From: Andalucia godoyi And28
Taxonomy: Eukaryota > Protista > Jakobida
Direction: 5' to 3'
DNA length: 64,000 bases
Assembly (NCBI GenBank): GCA_009859145.1
Contig: VRVR01000036.1
Coordinates: 136,604-200,603, forward strand
This document shows positions 1 to 8,599 of the stretch, piece by piece. The notes below the pieces were generated by a model. The model had not been told where the DNA came from. It did no database searches and saw only the letters and a program-made list of their open reading frames with translations. Positions within the stretch are counted from its first letter, which is position 1; each line of letters begins with the position of its first letter. The position numbers and the translations under genes were made by a program.

Positions 1-517
1 CTACTCATCCGTTGCAGACATCGTGCATCTTCAGAGACAAGCCATTCTTAGCCTGTTCCCGAAACTTTCGACTGCAAGTCAGCTGCGTACTGTTTTAAGA
101 GTTGCAGAGCCGGAGGTTTCAAGTTCAGATCGGGTTCTTCAGGAGCTCTACGATGCTGTCTTCAAACATGAGGACGCGTGGCCATTCAAGCAGAGTATTC
201 AGGAAATCATTGATTCATATCCTGCTTACAGGGACACCATTAAGAATCCTCTAGATCTTTATATCATTTCTGAGAGAATGCAGAAATCGTTTTATCGGAC
301 ATATCAGATGTTCATCGCAGATGTTGTCGTGATGTTGAAGAATTGTCAACGTTTCAATGGTGATGGATCCGAGTACTCTCGGTATGCGTCCAAGGTTCTC
401 GACTCCTTCAAAATTGCATGCACTTCCAGAGGGAAAGACAAAGAATTTGATTCTGTATTTGAAGGGTTCCGATACATCTTTGATCCGGACCAGGTGAAGA
501 AGAACAAGAAGAAGTAG
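1..517 (+). CDS. C-terminal part of a bromodomain protein (GCN5/PCAF-like position), 5' truncated by the window edge
   Basis: Frame is open from the window start. HEDAWPF...YRDTIKNPLDL...FIADVVVMLKNCQRFN matches the bromodomain consensus (WPF, Y..I..P.DL, N-C-x-x-F/Y-N). Confidence 0.85.
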   Translation, partial: YSSVADIVHLQRQAILSLFPKLSTASQLRTVLRVAEPEVSSSDRVLQELYDAVFKHEDAWPFKQSIQEIIDSYPAYRDTIKNPLDLYIISERMQKSFYRTYQMFIADVVVMLKNCQRFNGDGSEYSRYASKVLDSFKIACTSRGKDKEFDSVFEGFRYIFDPDQVKKNKKK

Positions 518-569
518 CAGTATCAGTGGCATCTTGTAATTCTTCTTTGCCGAAGTTGCTGTTCGTCGA

Positions 570-1844
570 CTATCCTTTCGTGGAGAACACTGTTAAGTTT
601 AGTGATCCCAATATTTTCCCTACTACAAGAATCTCATCTCGACCTCGTGATCCATTTTCTAAAAGGGACCACCAACAGGTTGGTATCCAATCTGTGCCAA
701 ACGCTGCTCCACACATAGCTGCTACTAGTGTCGGGGAGCCAGGTGTTGTGGAAAGCTCCCGAACACTGTCGCAAATGCACAGTTCCGGAGATGAATAGTT
801 GAATTCTTCAAACTTTCGAACAGCATTCTGAACAGCTCTTCCAATTGCGGAATCATTGGACTTTTCATAGTTGTGAAGATCGATTTTCTTGTTCAGAATA
901 AGGTCTTTCAATACGACAACATACAAGACTGCGGCTTCCAGAATTTGATTGTTTGCCCCGCAGATGGGTGCCAGCGCTGCGCGAACAACCTCAAATAGAA
1001 CTCGAGGTGGTGCATTACGGTACACAAATGCCAATGGCGCACACCGCAGGACGGCTGATATTGCGAACGGTAGGTCATGTTCCTTGTTTGTGTCCGCGGA
1101 GACTATGTCCGCTGTCTTTGCGAGTTTTAAGAGCAATGCTGCCATGTATTTTGAATATCCTCTTGGTGGGGAATAAAACTCAGCGTATTTCTTCGCGACG
1201 CTGTTCATTTCGAGTCTTTGTCGTTCTGCAATTGAAAATGCAACCGCCAGCATCTGTTCTGTTCTGTCTGTGTACTTGGCGAATTTCCACGTTTTTTTCG
1301 CGTATGGTGGATAAGCGTCTGATTGTTGAAAAGTTTCGAGATTGCGGAATGTGCAATAAAGGCTGCCGTATGCTTTTTCTATGCTCCTTTGATTCCAACC
1401 GTCCACCGGCGCCTCCAGAATGTCTGCGCAGGCCACGCTCAGTAGTATTCCGCAAGCTTTAGATTGTTCGTCGTTTTGCATCTTCATGGAAGGTGTCGCG
1501 GAAGAGGCATATAAACTGGATTTGAGCCACCTGACAGTTTCAGAATCATCTGTTTCCCCATTGTTTCGCAGTGGGTTCGAGGACCATTCAACAAGCCAGT
1601 AACAGTAGTCATGAATGTCCCTCCCCGATCGGACGGTCTTCAGTGAAGGACAAGACTTTGGGCCTTGGCAGAAATCAACAGCCATATAATTGCTTTTTGG
1701 GGCACCAGCGTACTTTTTGGAGTTGGAGGAAAACAGAAATGGAGCAAGGAAGACGTATCCATCGGTCATTTTTTTCTTCGCAGTGTCGAAGGGAACGGTT
1801 TTCTGAGCTGTTTGCTGCGGCTGTGGAAAGAACCTGCTGTACAT
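570..1844 (-). CDS. ADP-ribosylglycohydrolase (ARH/DraG)-fold protein, probably catalytically degenerate
   Basis: GILLSVACADILEAPVDGW, KYTDRTEQMLAVAFSI, RGYS, VLRCAPL and AAMCGAAFGTDWIPTCW..LLENG.RGRDEI follow ARH motif order. Start placed at MYSRFF because the first ~14 ORF codons lie in repeat A; a later ATG is possible. Confidence 0.7.
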   Translation of the reverse strand: MYSRFFPQPQQTAQKTVPFDTAKKKMTDGYVFLAPFLFSSNSKKYAGAPKSNYMAVDFCQGPKSCPSLKTVRSGRDIHDYCYWLVEWSSNPLRNNGETDDSETVRWLKSSLYASSATPSMKMQNDEQSKACGILLSVACADILEAPVDGWNQRSIEKAYGSLYCTFRNLETFQQSDAYPPYAKKTWKFAKYTDRTEQMLAVAFSIAERQRLEMNSVAKKYAEFYSPPRGYSKYMAALLLKLAKTADIVSADTNKEHDLPFAISAVLRCAPLAFVYRNAPPRVLFEVVRAALAPICGANNQILEAAVLYVVVLKDLILNKKIDLHNYEKSNDSAIGRAVQNAVRKFEEFNYSSPELCICDSVRELSTTPGSPTLVAAMCGAAFGTDWIPTCWWSLLENGSRGRDEILVVGKILGSLNLTVFSTKG

Positions 1845-1861
1845 TTTCCCTCGCACACCTT

Positions 1862-2403
1862 CGCCTATATTATACACGGAACATGCATATCTACGAATAG
1901 ACATGCATAATCAGTCTTGCATCCCGTTGCCGGGAAGAGGATATGCCCCCCAACACGCCTCACGGCGCTCTTCAGATAGATGTTCCGCGCTCCGCTCCCA
2001 GTCTCGATCAATCTGTGAGCCACTTTCTCAGCGTGACACGTTGTTCCTGAGAAGGGTGCATTTTTTGATGCTGACGGCCCTAGCAGCAGGCGCTTTCGTG
2101 TCCTCAGTTGCAGCACTGGAGCTACGAGAGGAAGAGGCGGTAGGCGTAGTGACACGTGGTCTCTTAGGAGGTCTGCGGGACCTAGGAGGCCCTGGCATCG
2201 GGCGGCGTAGGCGAATGCGTCATCCCAGCGAACTCACGCCCATATTTGAATTATAAAAGTGAAACCAACGAATGATAGATGGCTACGCGTAAGCACGAAT
2301 TCCCCTGTGAAACAAACGTGCTAGCGTCGGCCGGTATTGACCGTGTCCGTTCATGTATACTTCCTTCCGTATGCATGACAATGACGTGTTATTTATTCAA
2401 CGG
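1862..2403. repeat. Dispersed repeat family A, copy 1
   Basis: Alignable by eye with 38407-38917 and 61521-62096, from cgccta...tacac to ttattcaacgg. Confidence 0.95.
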
Positions 2404-2522
2404 CACAATGTTTTAAAAGATACAACAGATGGAACCAAAAAAACAAAGACAAAGCAACAAAAATAAATACCCCCATTTTACTCATGTTTTATAAAATCAG
2501 TAGGATATCTTCTGCTGCAGCG

Positions 2523-5500
2523 CTAGGATGAAGGCGACGTATCGAACTTGCTATTCATGTTCCATCGAAGAAGAAGCTCGTCCAAATTGAGGGAGTTATC
2601 TCCAACAGCCTTGAAGCCTTTTGAGCCCAGTTTCTCCAAAACCATCTTACAAAAGAGGGCATACTGGTTAAAATGTTTTCTCATTCTCTCCAACTCAGTC
2701 GTCATCACTTGGATACGCTGCAGCTCACTGCACATTACCGCTTGCGCAACCACATCTCGGAATGCAGCTATGCAATCAAAGATGGAATACATTAGATTTC
2801 GGACTGCTTCGCACTCATCTGTGAGCATGCATCGTTCCATCGAGCCTCGAACGTATCGACACAATGACGAATATAGATCATCTAGGCTAGAATGCTGTGT
2901 CGGATCGTCGACGAAGGAATGGTCAGAATGCACAAGCTGCATGATGAGATGGCCTTGGAGATGTTCCACAAAAAACCTCATTTCATGATGAGTTCGAATA
3001 ATCAACGGCATGCATCTAAGAAACGGTCCTGTCGACGACTGAGAAGTTGAGATGAAAATCCAGGTATCACGCAAGCATTTCGATACCCACTTCAACTTTA
3101 AGAGAAACGAGAAAACGGAATTGTATGAGGCAAGTACTGTAGGGTCCAAAAATCTTCGCAGGGGAGTCGGGACACTGACTGCGAAACAGATGGAATCCAG
3201 AAACTTTGTTCCTCCGACCTGTGAGCCAGAGAACAGCCGAATTGCAGGTTCTGACAAACCATCCGATGTCTTCACAATCACAGCCGACGGAGAGTCTGCG
3301 TTAACTCTCAAGAGGAATTCTGTCTCCCCAGGAAGGTCCAGCCGGTCATCAAGGCGCTTTCTTGCATGTAGGAAAGTGTACTGCAGCGAACTCTGAGACA
3401 AGTACAAACCACCATCCTTGGAGGAGAGGAGTAGTCCCTGCGAATCTGTGTCATGGAGGTCAGACATTCCCCTTTGCGATGACAAGTCGAACAGTTCTTC
3501 AACGAAAACATCGAAAAGATCACCTCTTTCCATAAAAGCGTATTTCTGCAAAAAATAAATCCACTTCCGAAGACCCAGATTATTGAGAATCGCAGGAACT
3601 GCCAGGGAAGACGCAGCCAGAGCCAACGATTTGAAAGGAACAAGAAGAATTTCAGAGATGGCGGTAGGAACAGGAAGGACTGTAGGATCTGTGACCTCGT
3701 TGGCGAATTGACGATGGTCACCCGTGCTTACCGCTTGGGATTCACCTGCAGCAAAGATTCCAATAGGAGAAGAACAGTAACCCCATATGTCGGACGGATT
3801 CAATGCTTTTCGCGCCGATTCCGTTTCGGCAGCTTGGTGCGTGTCATTGGGTGGCTGAATTCGTTGGGTCTCTCTCTCTTCATCCTCTCCAAACTCTACA
3901 TCCGTCCTTGCCTCAGGTTGATGGTCAGGAAACAGTTCCGAAAATCCTCGGAGTTGCTCGTTGTCTCTGTTGGCAGACGGAGTAATTGACAAGTGAGGGG
4001 TGGGCACTGTCCCGACCTCCGCAGATGCCGATTTGTAGGGCGGTGCCACCACTTGACGAATCCTAATTTTTGGAGAAACGCCAGTGGACTCAACGAAACT
4101 ATGGATCATCTGCGATTCCACTTCCGCAACAGCAGCCTCTCGCTCGTCCCAGTACGCAGCAAGACGGCGTTCTTCTGAAGCAGAATGAACCTCCGCTTCA
4201 AGACGGTGTCTCTTCTTGTCATCGATGTCTTCCAGGATTTGTTTTAGCCTTTGTTCTTGTTTCCTTTTCTTTGTTTCTCTCCACTGCAGCCTTAAAGCAT
4301 TTTCTCGTTGCGCTCTTAACTTTGCAGCGTCATATCTACGCTTCATCACATCTGAGGAAAAGGAGTCCTTGGATAGAGATTCCTGATAGGAAGCCTCCAA
4401 AGCCTTGCGCAGTTGCTGGATTTTAACGGACAATGCAGACGACCACTGTGACTGAAATGCGATGACCGAACTAACCGATGAGTTGAGAGGGGGAAAGCGT
4501 GGGAAGTCTTGACGCTCGGGCAACTGAAGTTGCAAATGGGACAGCTGTGAGGTGCAGAGGAGTTGAAGACACTGTCGGACCATCAACAGAAAAGGGACAA
4601 GCGGCTGGAGAAAAGTGGTATTTTTCAACACGGAAACGGAAAATTCTGAATCGAGGAGGGCCAATTCCTCATGATCGCTGGGCGTTGTTGACCATTTTTC
4701 ATAAAGAGCAGAGTCTACCGAGGCACAAATTTGCGTGATCGAATCAACAAGCAGCCCATACGCAGCATTCGAGTACGGAGCCTTCTCAAAAAGAAAATTC
4801 AGAAACACATCGGCCGACTTGCCGACAAAGAGAGTGGATGACAACCTGCATATGGACGCGAGGTCCGTCATTTCGAACAACTGCGGTGCGTTGGAAAGGC
4901 CGAGCGCAAACTGAAACGGGGTCGACGATTTCTCGTTTAAGTTGAACAAGAATTGACGGAATATTCTGCATTTTTGCTTAAGTATATGGAAGACATTCTG
5001 CAGAAATGACGAATGATCGGCTGACGCGGAGCGCCCTGCAGTTGCTTCGACAATGAGAAGATCTTCTCTTATTTTTTTCATAGTGTTGGCTAATCCTCGT
5101 GGAAGCATAGAAAGTGCAGAGTCTGCAGAGATATGATCGCCGAACCCAAACAGATAAGAAGCCAATTGGGCGAGAACATCAGAATTCGTAGGTTCCGAAG
5201 AACGATGGAGGCGTTCCAATCGTGTCATGGGAAACGGTTCGCAACTCTTCAGTTCCTCAATTTGCGCATCGGTCCAGACGGGTGTCTCATTCGGAACAAC
5301 ATCCCGGCTGTCTGCCTTAACAGCAGACGACGGGAGGTCATTCGAGAATGTTTTCGCAGAACGCGACTGCGCATTCAACGACGTAGAACAAGAAGACGCC
5401 AGTTCTGCGGGTGTGAAGAAAAAACTCGCATTCGATTCCACAATGGGTGGTATAGATAATGGCAAAGTCACAGCACGACTGTTTTGGGACAGCGACGCAG

Positions 5501-5996
5501 TAAGCGTTTTCAATCTACGAAAAGCACTCAAGGCAAACGGACCAGAAAGAGACGAACCGCTAAAATACGATGTGGCCTGAGAATCATCGTGTGCGGACTC
5601 CATAGAAGATTGATAACCATAAACATCACTAGTACCCAGCCATTCATTGAGAAAGAGCGCCTTTCGTTTCCCTCCGAGGACGTCCATTTCAATCTGGGTG
5701 GTCGGAATGCAAGAGCAGATGGAAAACAGGGTCAAAATCTCGGATTCTTTCCCCGACTCGAGCACATTATCAAAAAGCCTTTCCAGCTTTTCAGCAGCAG
5801 AATCGGAGCCAGTCATTCGGAGGCACAGCAGGATGTGAGACAGGCGAAAGCACACATCATCCAGAGTCAGCTCTTTCGTTGAGAAGCTGCCGCTGTCCGT
5901 GAATCCAAGAACGACTTCAAAAGCACGATTGCTCAGGCCTCGACTGCCGTGCACAGTGCACAGTTTTTGAATGGAATCTTTGAAAGAGAAATTCAT
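2523..5996 (-). CDS. TUBGCP6: Gamma-tubulin complex component (Spc97/Spc98 family), GCP6-like
   Basis: 1157-aa ORF with GRIP2-like C-terminus (LQKYAFMERGDLFDVFVEELF; YNSVFSFLLKLKWV; HHEMRFFVEHLQGHL) and a central E/K/R-rich coiled-coil insertion typical of GCP6. Confidence 0.75.
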   Translation of the reverse strand: MNFSFKDSIQKLCTVHGSRGLSNRAFEVVLGFTDSGSFSTKELTLDDVCFRLSHILLCLRMTGSDSAAEKLERLFDNVLESGKESEILTLFSICSCIPTTQIEMDVLGGKRKALFLNEWLGTSDVYGYQSSMESAHDDSQATSYFSGSSLSGPFALSAFRRLKTLTASLSQNSRAVTLPLSIPPIVESNASFFFTPAELASSCSTSLNAQSRSAKTFSNDLPSSAVKADSRDVVPNETPVWTDAQIEELKSCEPFPMTRLERLHRSSEPTNSDVLAQLASYLFGFGDHISADSALSMLPRGLANTMKKIREDLLIVEATAGRSASADHSSFLQNVFHILKQKCRIFRQFLFNLNEKSSTPFQFALGLSNAPQLFEMTDLASICRLSSTLFVGKSADVFLNFLFEKAPYSNAAYGLLVDSITQICASVDSALYEKWSTTPSDHEELALLDSEFSVSVLKNTTFLQPLVPFLLMVRQCLQLLCTSQLSHLQLQLPERQDFPRFPPLNSSVSSVIAFQSQWSSALSVKIQQLRKALEASYQESLSKDSFSSDVMKRRYDAAKLRAQRENALRLQWRETKKRKQEQRLKQILEDIDDKKRHRLEAEVHSASEERRLAAYWDEREAAVAEVESQMIHSFVESTGVSPKIRIRQVVAPPYKSASAEVGTVPTPHLSITPSANRDNEQLRGFSELFPDHQPEARTDVEFGEDEERETQRIQPPNDTHQAAETESARKALNPSDIWGYCSSPIGIFAAGESQAVSTGDHRQFANEVTDPTVLPVPTAISEILLVPFKSLALAASSLAVPAILNNLGLRKWIYFLQKYAFMERGDLFDVFVEELFDLSSQRGMSDLHDTDSQGLLLSSKDGGLYLSQSSLQYTFLHARKRLDDRLDLPGETEFLLRVNADSPSAVIVKTSDGLSEPAIRLFSGSQVGGTKFLDSICFAVSVPTPLRRFLDPTVLASYNSVFSFLLKLKWVSKCLRDTWIFISTSQSSTGPFLRCMPLIIRTHHEMRFFVEHLQGHLIMQLVHSDHSFVDDPTQHSSLDDLYSSLCRYVRGSMERCMLTDECEAVRNLMYSIFDCIAAFRDVVAQAVMCSELQRIQVMTTELERMRKHFNQYALFCKMVLEKLGSKGFKAVGDNSLNLDELLLRWNMNSKFDTSPSS

Positions 5997-6372
5997 GTGC
6001 GCGTGCCAGATGTTTCACCCTCCCCCACTTCCAAGAAGAAACGGAAGAAGACGTTGACGTGGTCGAGGAAACTGGAAAAAGAGAGGACCAAAGAAAGCCC
6101 AAACGCCCAACTTGGCGGGAAGTTTACCACGATTGTGTGCATGGTACGTGCCTTTATTTTACGACTGTCGTGCAAGAAAAACAATAAGTTCGAATTCCGC
6201 CGTGCATGGTGAACTGGGAAGGACTGTTTGTGCAATGTGGAGGGCGGGAGCAGCGTCATGAAAGAGTATGGCGTCATTTAATCCTTATACATGTGATAAA
6301 TTACGAAGCAAAGCAAATGGCTTAGAATGCAACAATAGCGACATCAGGATGACCGGCTTCGAAAGCAGCTTC

Positions 6373-6567
6373 CTAGCGAATCAGAATATCAAGAATGTTT
6401 GACGTTACCGATGCCTTTCTTTCATAAAATTCAGTGAACCCGCATACTGTGCAAGTAGACGTGCTAAACTTTCTGGATTTGATGTTGAGCCACCGAGCCA
6501 ACAGCGAGCCAACAGTGTAGACCGTTCCTGTGCGCCATTGAACAGAGCCGCATTCTGAGCAGGCCAT
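6373..6567 (-). CDS. Small zinc-ribbon protein, bacterial DUF2082/COG3478-like
   Basis: MACSECG...LARWLNIKSRKFSTSTCTVCGFTEFYE...SNILDIL: two CxxC pairs with the spacing and C-terminal tail I recall for this prokaryotic family. Confidence 0.7.
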   Translation of the reverse strand: MACSECGSVQWRTGTVYTVGSLLARWLNIKSRKFSTSTCTVCGFTEFYERKASVTSNILDILIR

Positions 6568-6877
6568 GTGCTCCGGAACAACGAACACATGTGGACGGTT
6601 TGTCGCTACAACTCCACGAGTCGCATTCCCTTCTACTCGCAGGACTCCTCGCAAACTATCGTTCATCATTTAACGTCAGACTCGAACGACACGGTTCCAT
6701 TCCAGGAAAGAACGCGCTCCCCCGATTTCCCGAAATTCGGCAAGGATGCTCTGCACCCAGAAAGTCGACATTCTTCAACTCGCAGCAGCACGCACTCAAA
6801 AGAGCGGGCTTTTTTCTGTTTTTTGCGTGGATCATCATGAAAAAATTCCCTAATTCACTGGGCTGAGTTCCAACCTC

Positions 6878-7026
6878 TTTTCTCTCGTCTGTTTCCCTCG
6901 CTTCTTTTCTTTTTTCCCTTTCGTTTCTCGTTTCTCTTCTCTCTTCTCTCTTCTCTCTTCTACTTTTCTCTTTTCTCTTCTCTCTTCTCTTTTCCCTCTT
7001 TCCCTCTTTCCCTCTTTCCCTCTTTC
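6878..7026 (+). repeat. Polypyrimidine (CT-rich) simple-repeat tract upstream of 4E-BP
   Basis: About 150 nt of near-pure C/T made of TTCTC and TTTCCCTC units. Confidence 0.9.
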
Positions 7027-7065
7027 CGTGTGAAGCCTTCCTGGATCCCTGTCCTCCCTTGTGAA

Positions 7066-7506
7066 ATGTCGGCGTCCGGCTCTGGCTCTGTGGCTGGTCC
7101 GAAAGCGATTCCCACTCCGATGCGTGGAGACGTGCATGTCACAGACATCAGCCAGTCTGTTGGGGGAACAATGTACGGCGTGACTCCCGGTGGTACTCGC
7201 ATTGTGTACGACAGGAACCTGCTCTTGCACTTGCGAAACAGTCCCTACAGCAAGACTCCGCCTGTGCTTCCCGACTTTTCAGCAAAGTTTGCAAATGCAA
7301 CCAACAACAGCTCCAGCATCACCACCACCACCACCACGACCGCCACAACCAACAACAACAGCACTAACGTGAACAACGGTTCGCTGAATGCAAATCACAA
7401 CTATCACAACACAAACAGCAGTCAAAATCATGCAGCCAACGGTGCTGCTGCCGCGCCCGCGCCCAGCAAGCAGGCGCCCGCAGATGACATGTTTGAGATG
7501 GAGTAA
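7066..7506 (+). CDS. EIF4EBP: eIF4E-binding protein (4E-BP)
   Basis: GGTMYGVTPGGTRIVYDRNLLLHLRNSPYSKTPP contains YxxxxL-phi and the TP/SP sites; KAIP (RAIP-like) near the N-terminus; C-terminal FEME (TOS-like). Confidence 0.93.
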   Translation: MSASGSGSVAGPKAIPTPMRGDVHVTDISQSVGGTMYGVTPGGTRIVYDRNLLLHLRNSPYSKTPPVLPDFSAKFANATNNSSSITTTTTTTATTNNNSTNVNNGSLNANHNYHNTNSSQNHAANGAAAAPAPSKQAPADDMFEME

Positions 7507-8101
7507 TGAGGAGTGCTTTGAGCTTTTATCGCTGTTTTGAGGTTGTTTTCTTGCCTTTCCTAACCTCGCCGTTTGCTTCTTTGGCTGTTGACGGGGGTCC
7601 GTTGGAAAACGCAGGAATGCTCGTTCAGGTTTCCCCCCCGCTTTTCTTGTAGTACTGTACGTTTTAGACGATAGACGAATGATGTTCTTGATTTATTATT
7701 ATGGTGAATCATCCTTTTGTCCGGTAAAGGCACATTTTGTCGTTCAATCTTTTTTCACAAATTAATTTGTCGACATGTGACGTTGCGGGTTTTTCCATCC
7801 GTTTTTTTCCCCATGGTGTTTCCAGCTTTTCTACCTACGCGTTCTTCGCTCCGTTTCCCGCTTGGGAAAACTTCGGAGAATCGGAGTCATTTGCCGTAAT
7901 TGCAGTGCCCATTCGTCAATCGTCAGCATTCGATCGACGATCGTGACTGGCGCCTCCGAATTAAAAAAAGGCTCGCCATACTGTACGAACTGGCTGAAGA
8001 CGCCAGTCAGCCGGCTTTTCTTTCTTGACAAAGTTCACCGTCTTGTCGGCTGTAATCAAAGGTGGGAGTGCTGTCGTTTCGCGAAAGGAATTCAGTTTTT
8101 C

Positions 8102-8516
8102 AGCCGCTCGCCAAAACATGAATCATTACAGGTCATCATCGGCTAAGCTGTTGCCGAAGACAGGTCCAGTTTGGGGGCGAGCACCAGCTCTTCGATGCAG
8201 ATTGCTCTGCATCAAAAGGATCAACGGGTTTCTTGGTTCTCGGTGTCTTCGGGCATCGCCGGTTTGCGTTTGTCGAGAAGATCTCTCTCTGGAGCCATGA
8301 GATGTTTTGTCTTTGATGAATGGTGCTGCTTGAGGGTTCGATTATAAATATGAGAAACAAACCGAAAATAATAGAAGGAATAAAAGACGGTGAAGAATGA
8401 GAAATTCTGGACTAGACTACGGTAGGAACACATCGCGTCCCCCAAAGGAGTTTCGAAAAAACAAACTCTTCTGGCATGATGTTGTTTGATGTTCCACACA
8501 CAAAGCTGCCAGCCGT
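8102..8516 (-). repeat. Dispersed repeat family B, copy 1 (inverted relative to 30769-31191)
   Basis: Reverse complement is nearly identical to 30769-31191; both are bounded by CGGCT. Confidence 0.95.
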
Positions 8517-8599
8517 CTCTTCTTTCGCGTTCTGCAAAGTTTTTAGAAAAAATAATAATATAAAAATAAATAAAATTGAAACAAAATACGTACGTAACT

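Noticed and set aside
1865-2155. Minus-strand ORF in repeat A containing CHAEKVA, reminiscent of a deaminase HxE / DYW HSEKLA motif
   Set aside because: No downstream CxxC, and the frame is broken differently in each of the three copies; no support for a protein.
8325-8345. GGTTCGA B-box-like word in repeat B suggesting a tRNA-derived SINE
   Set aside because: No T-stem pairing, no convincing A box and no cloverleaf.
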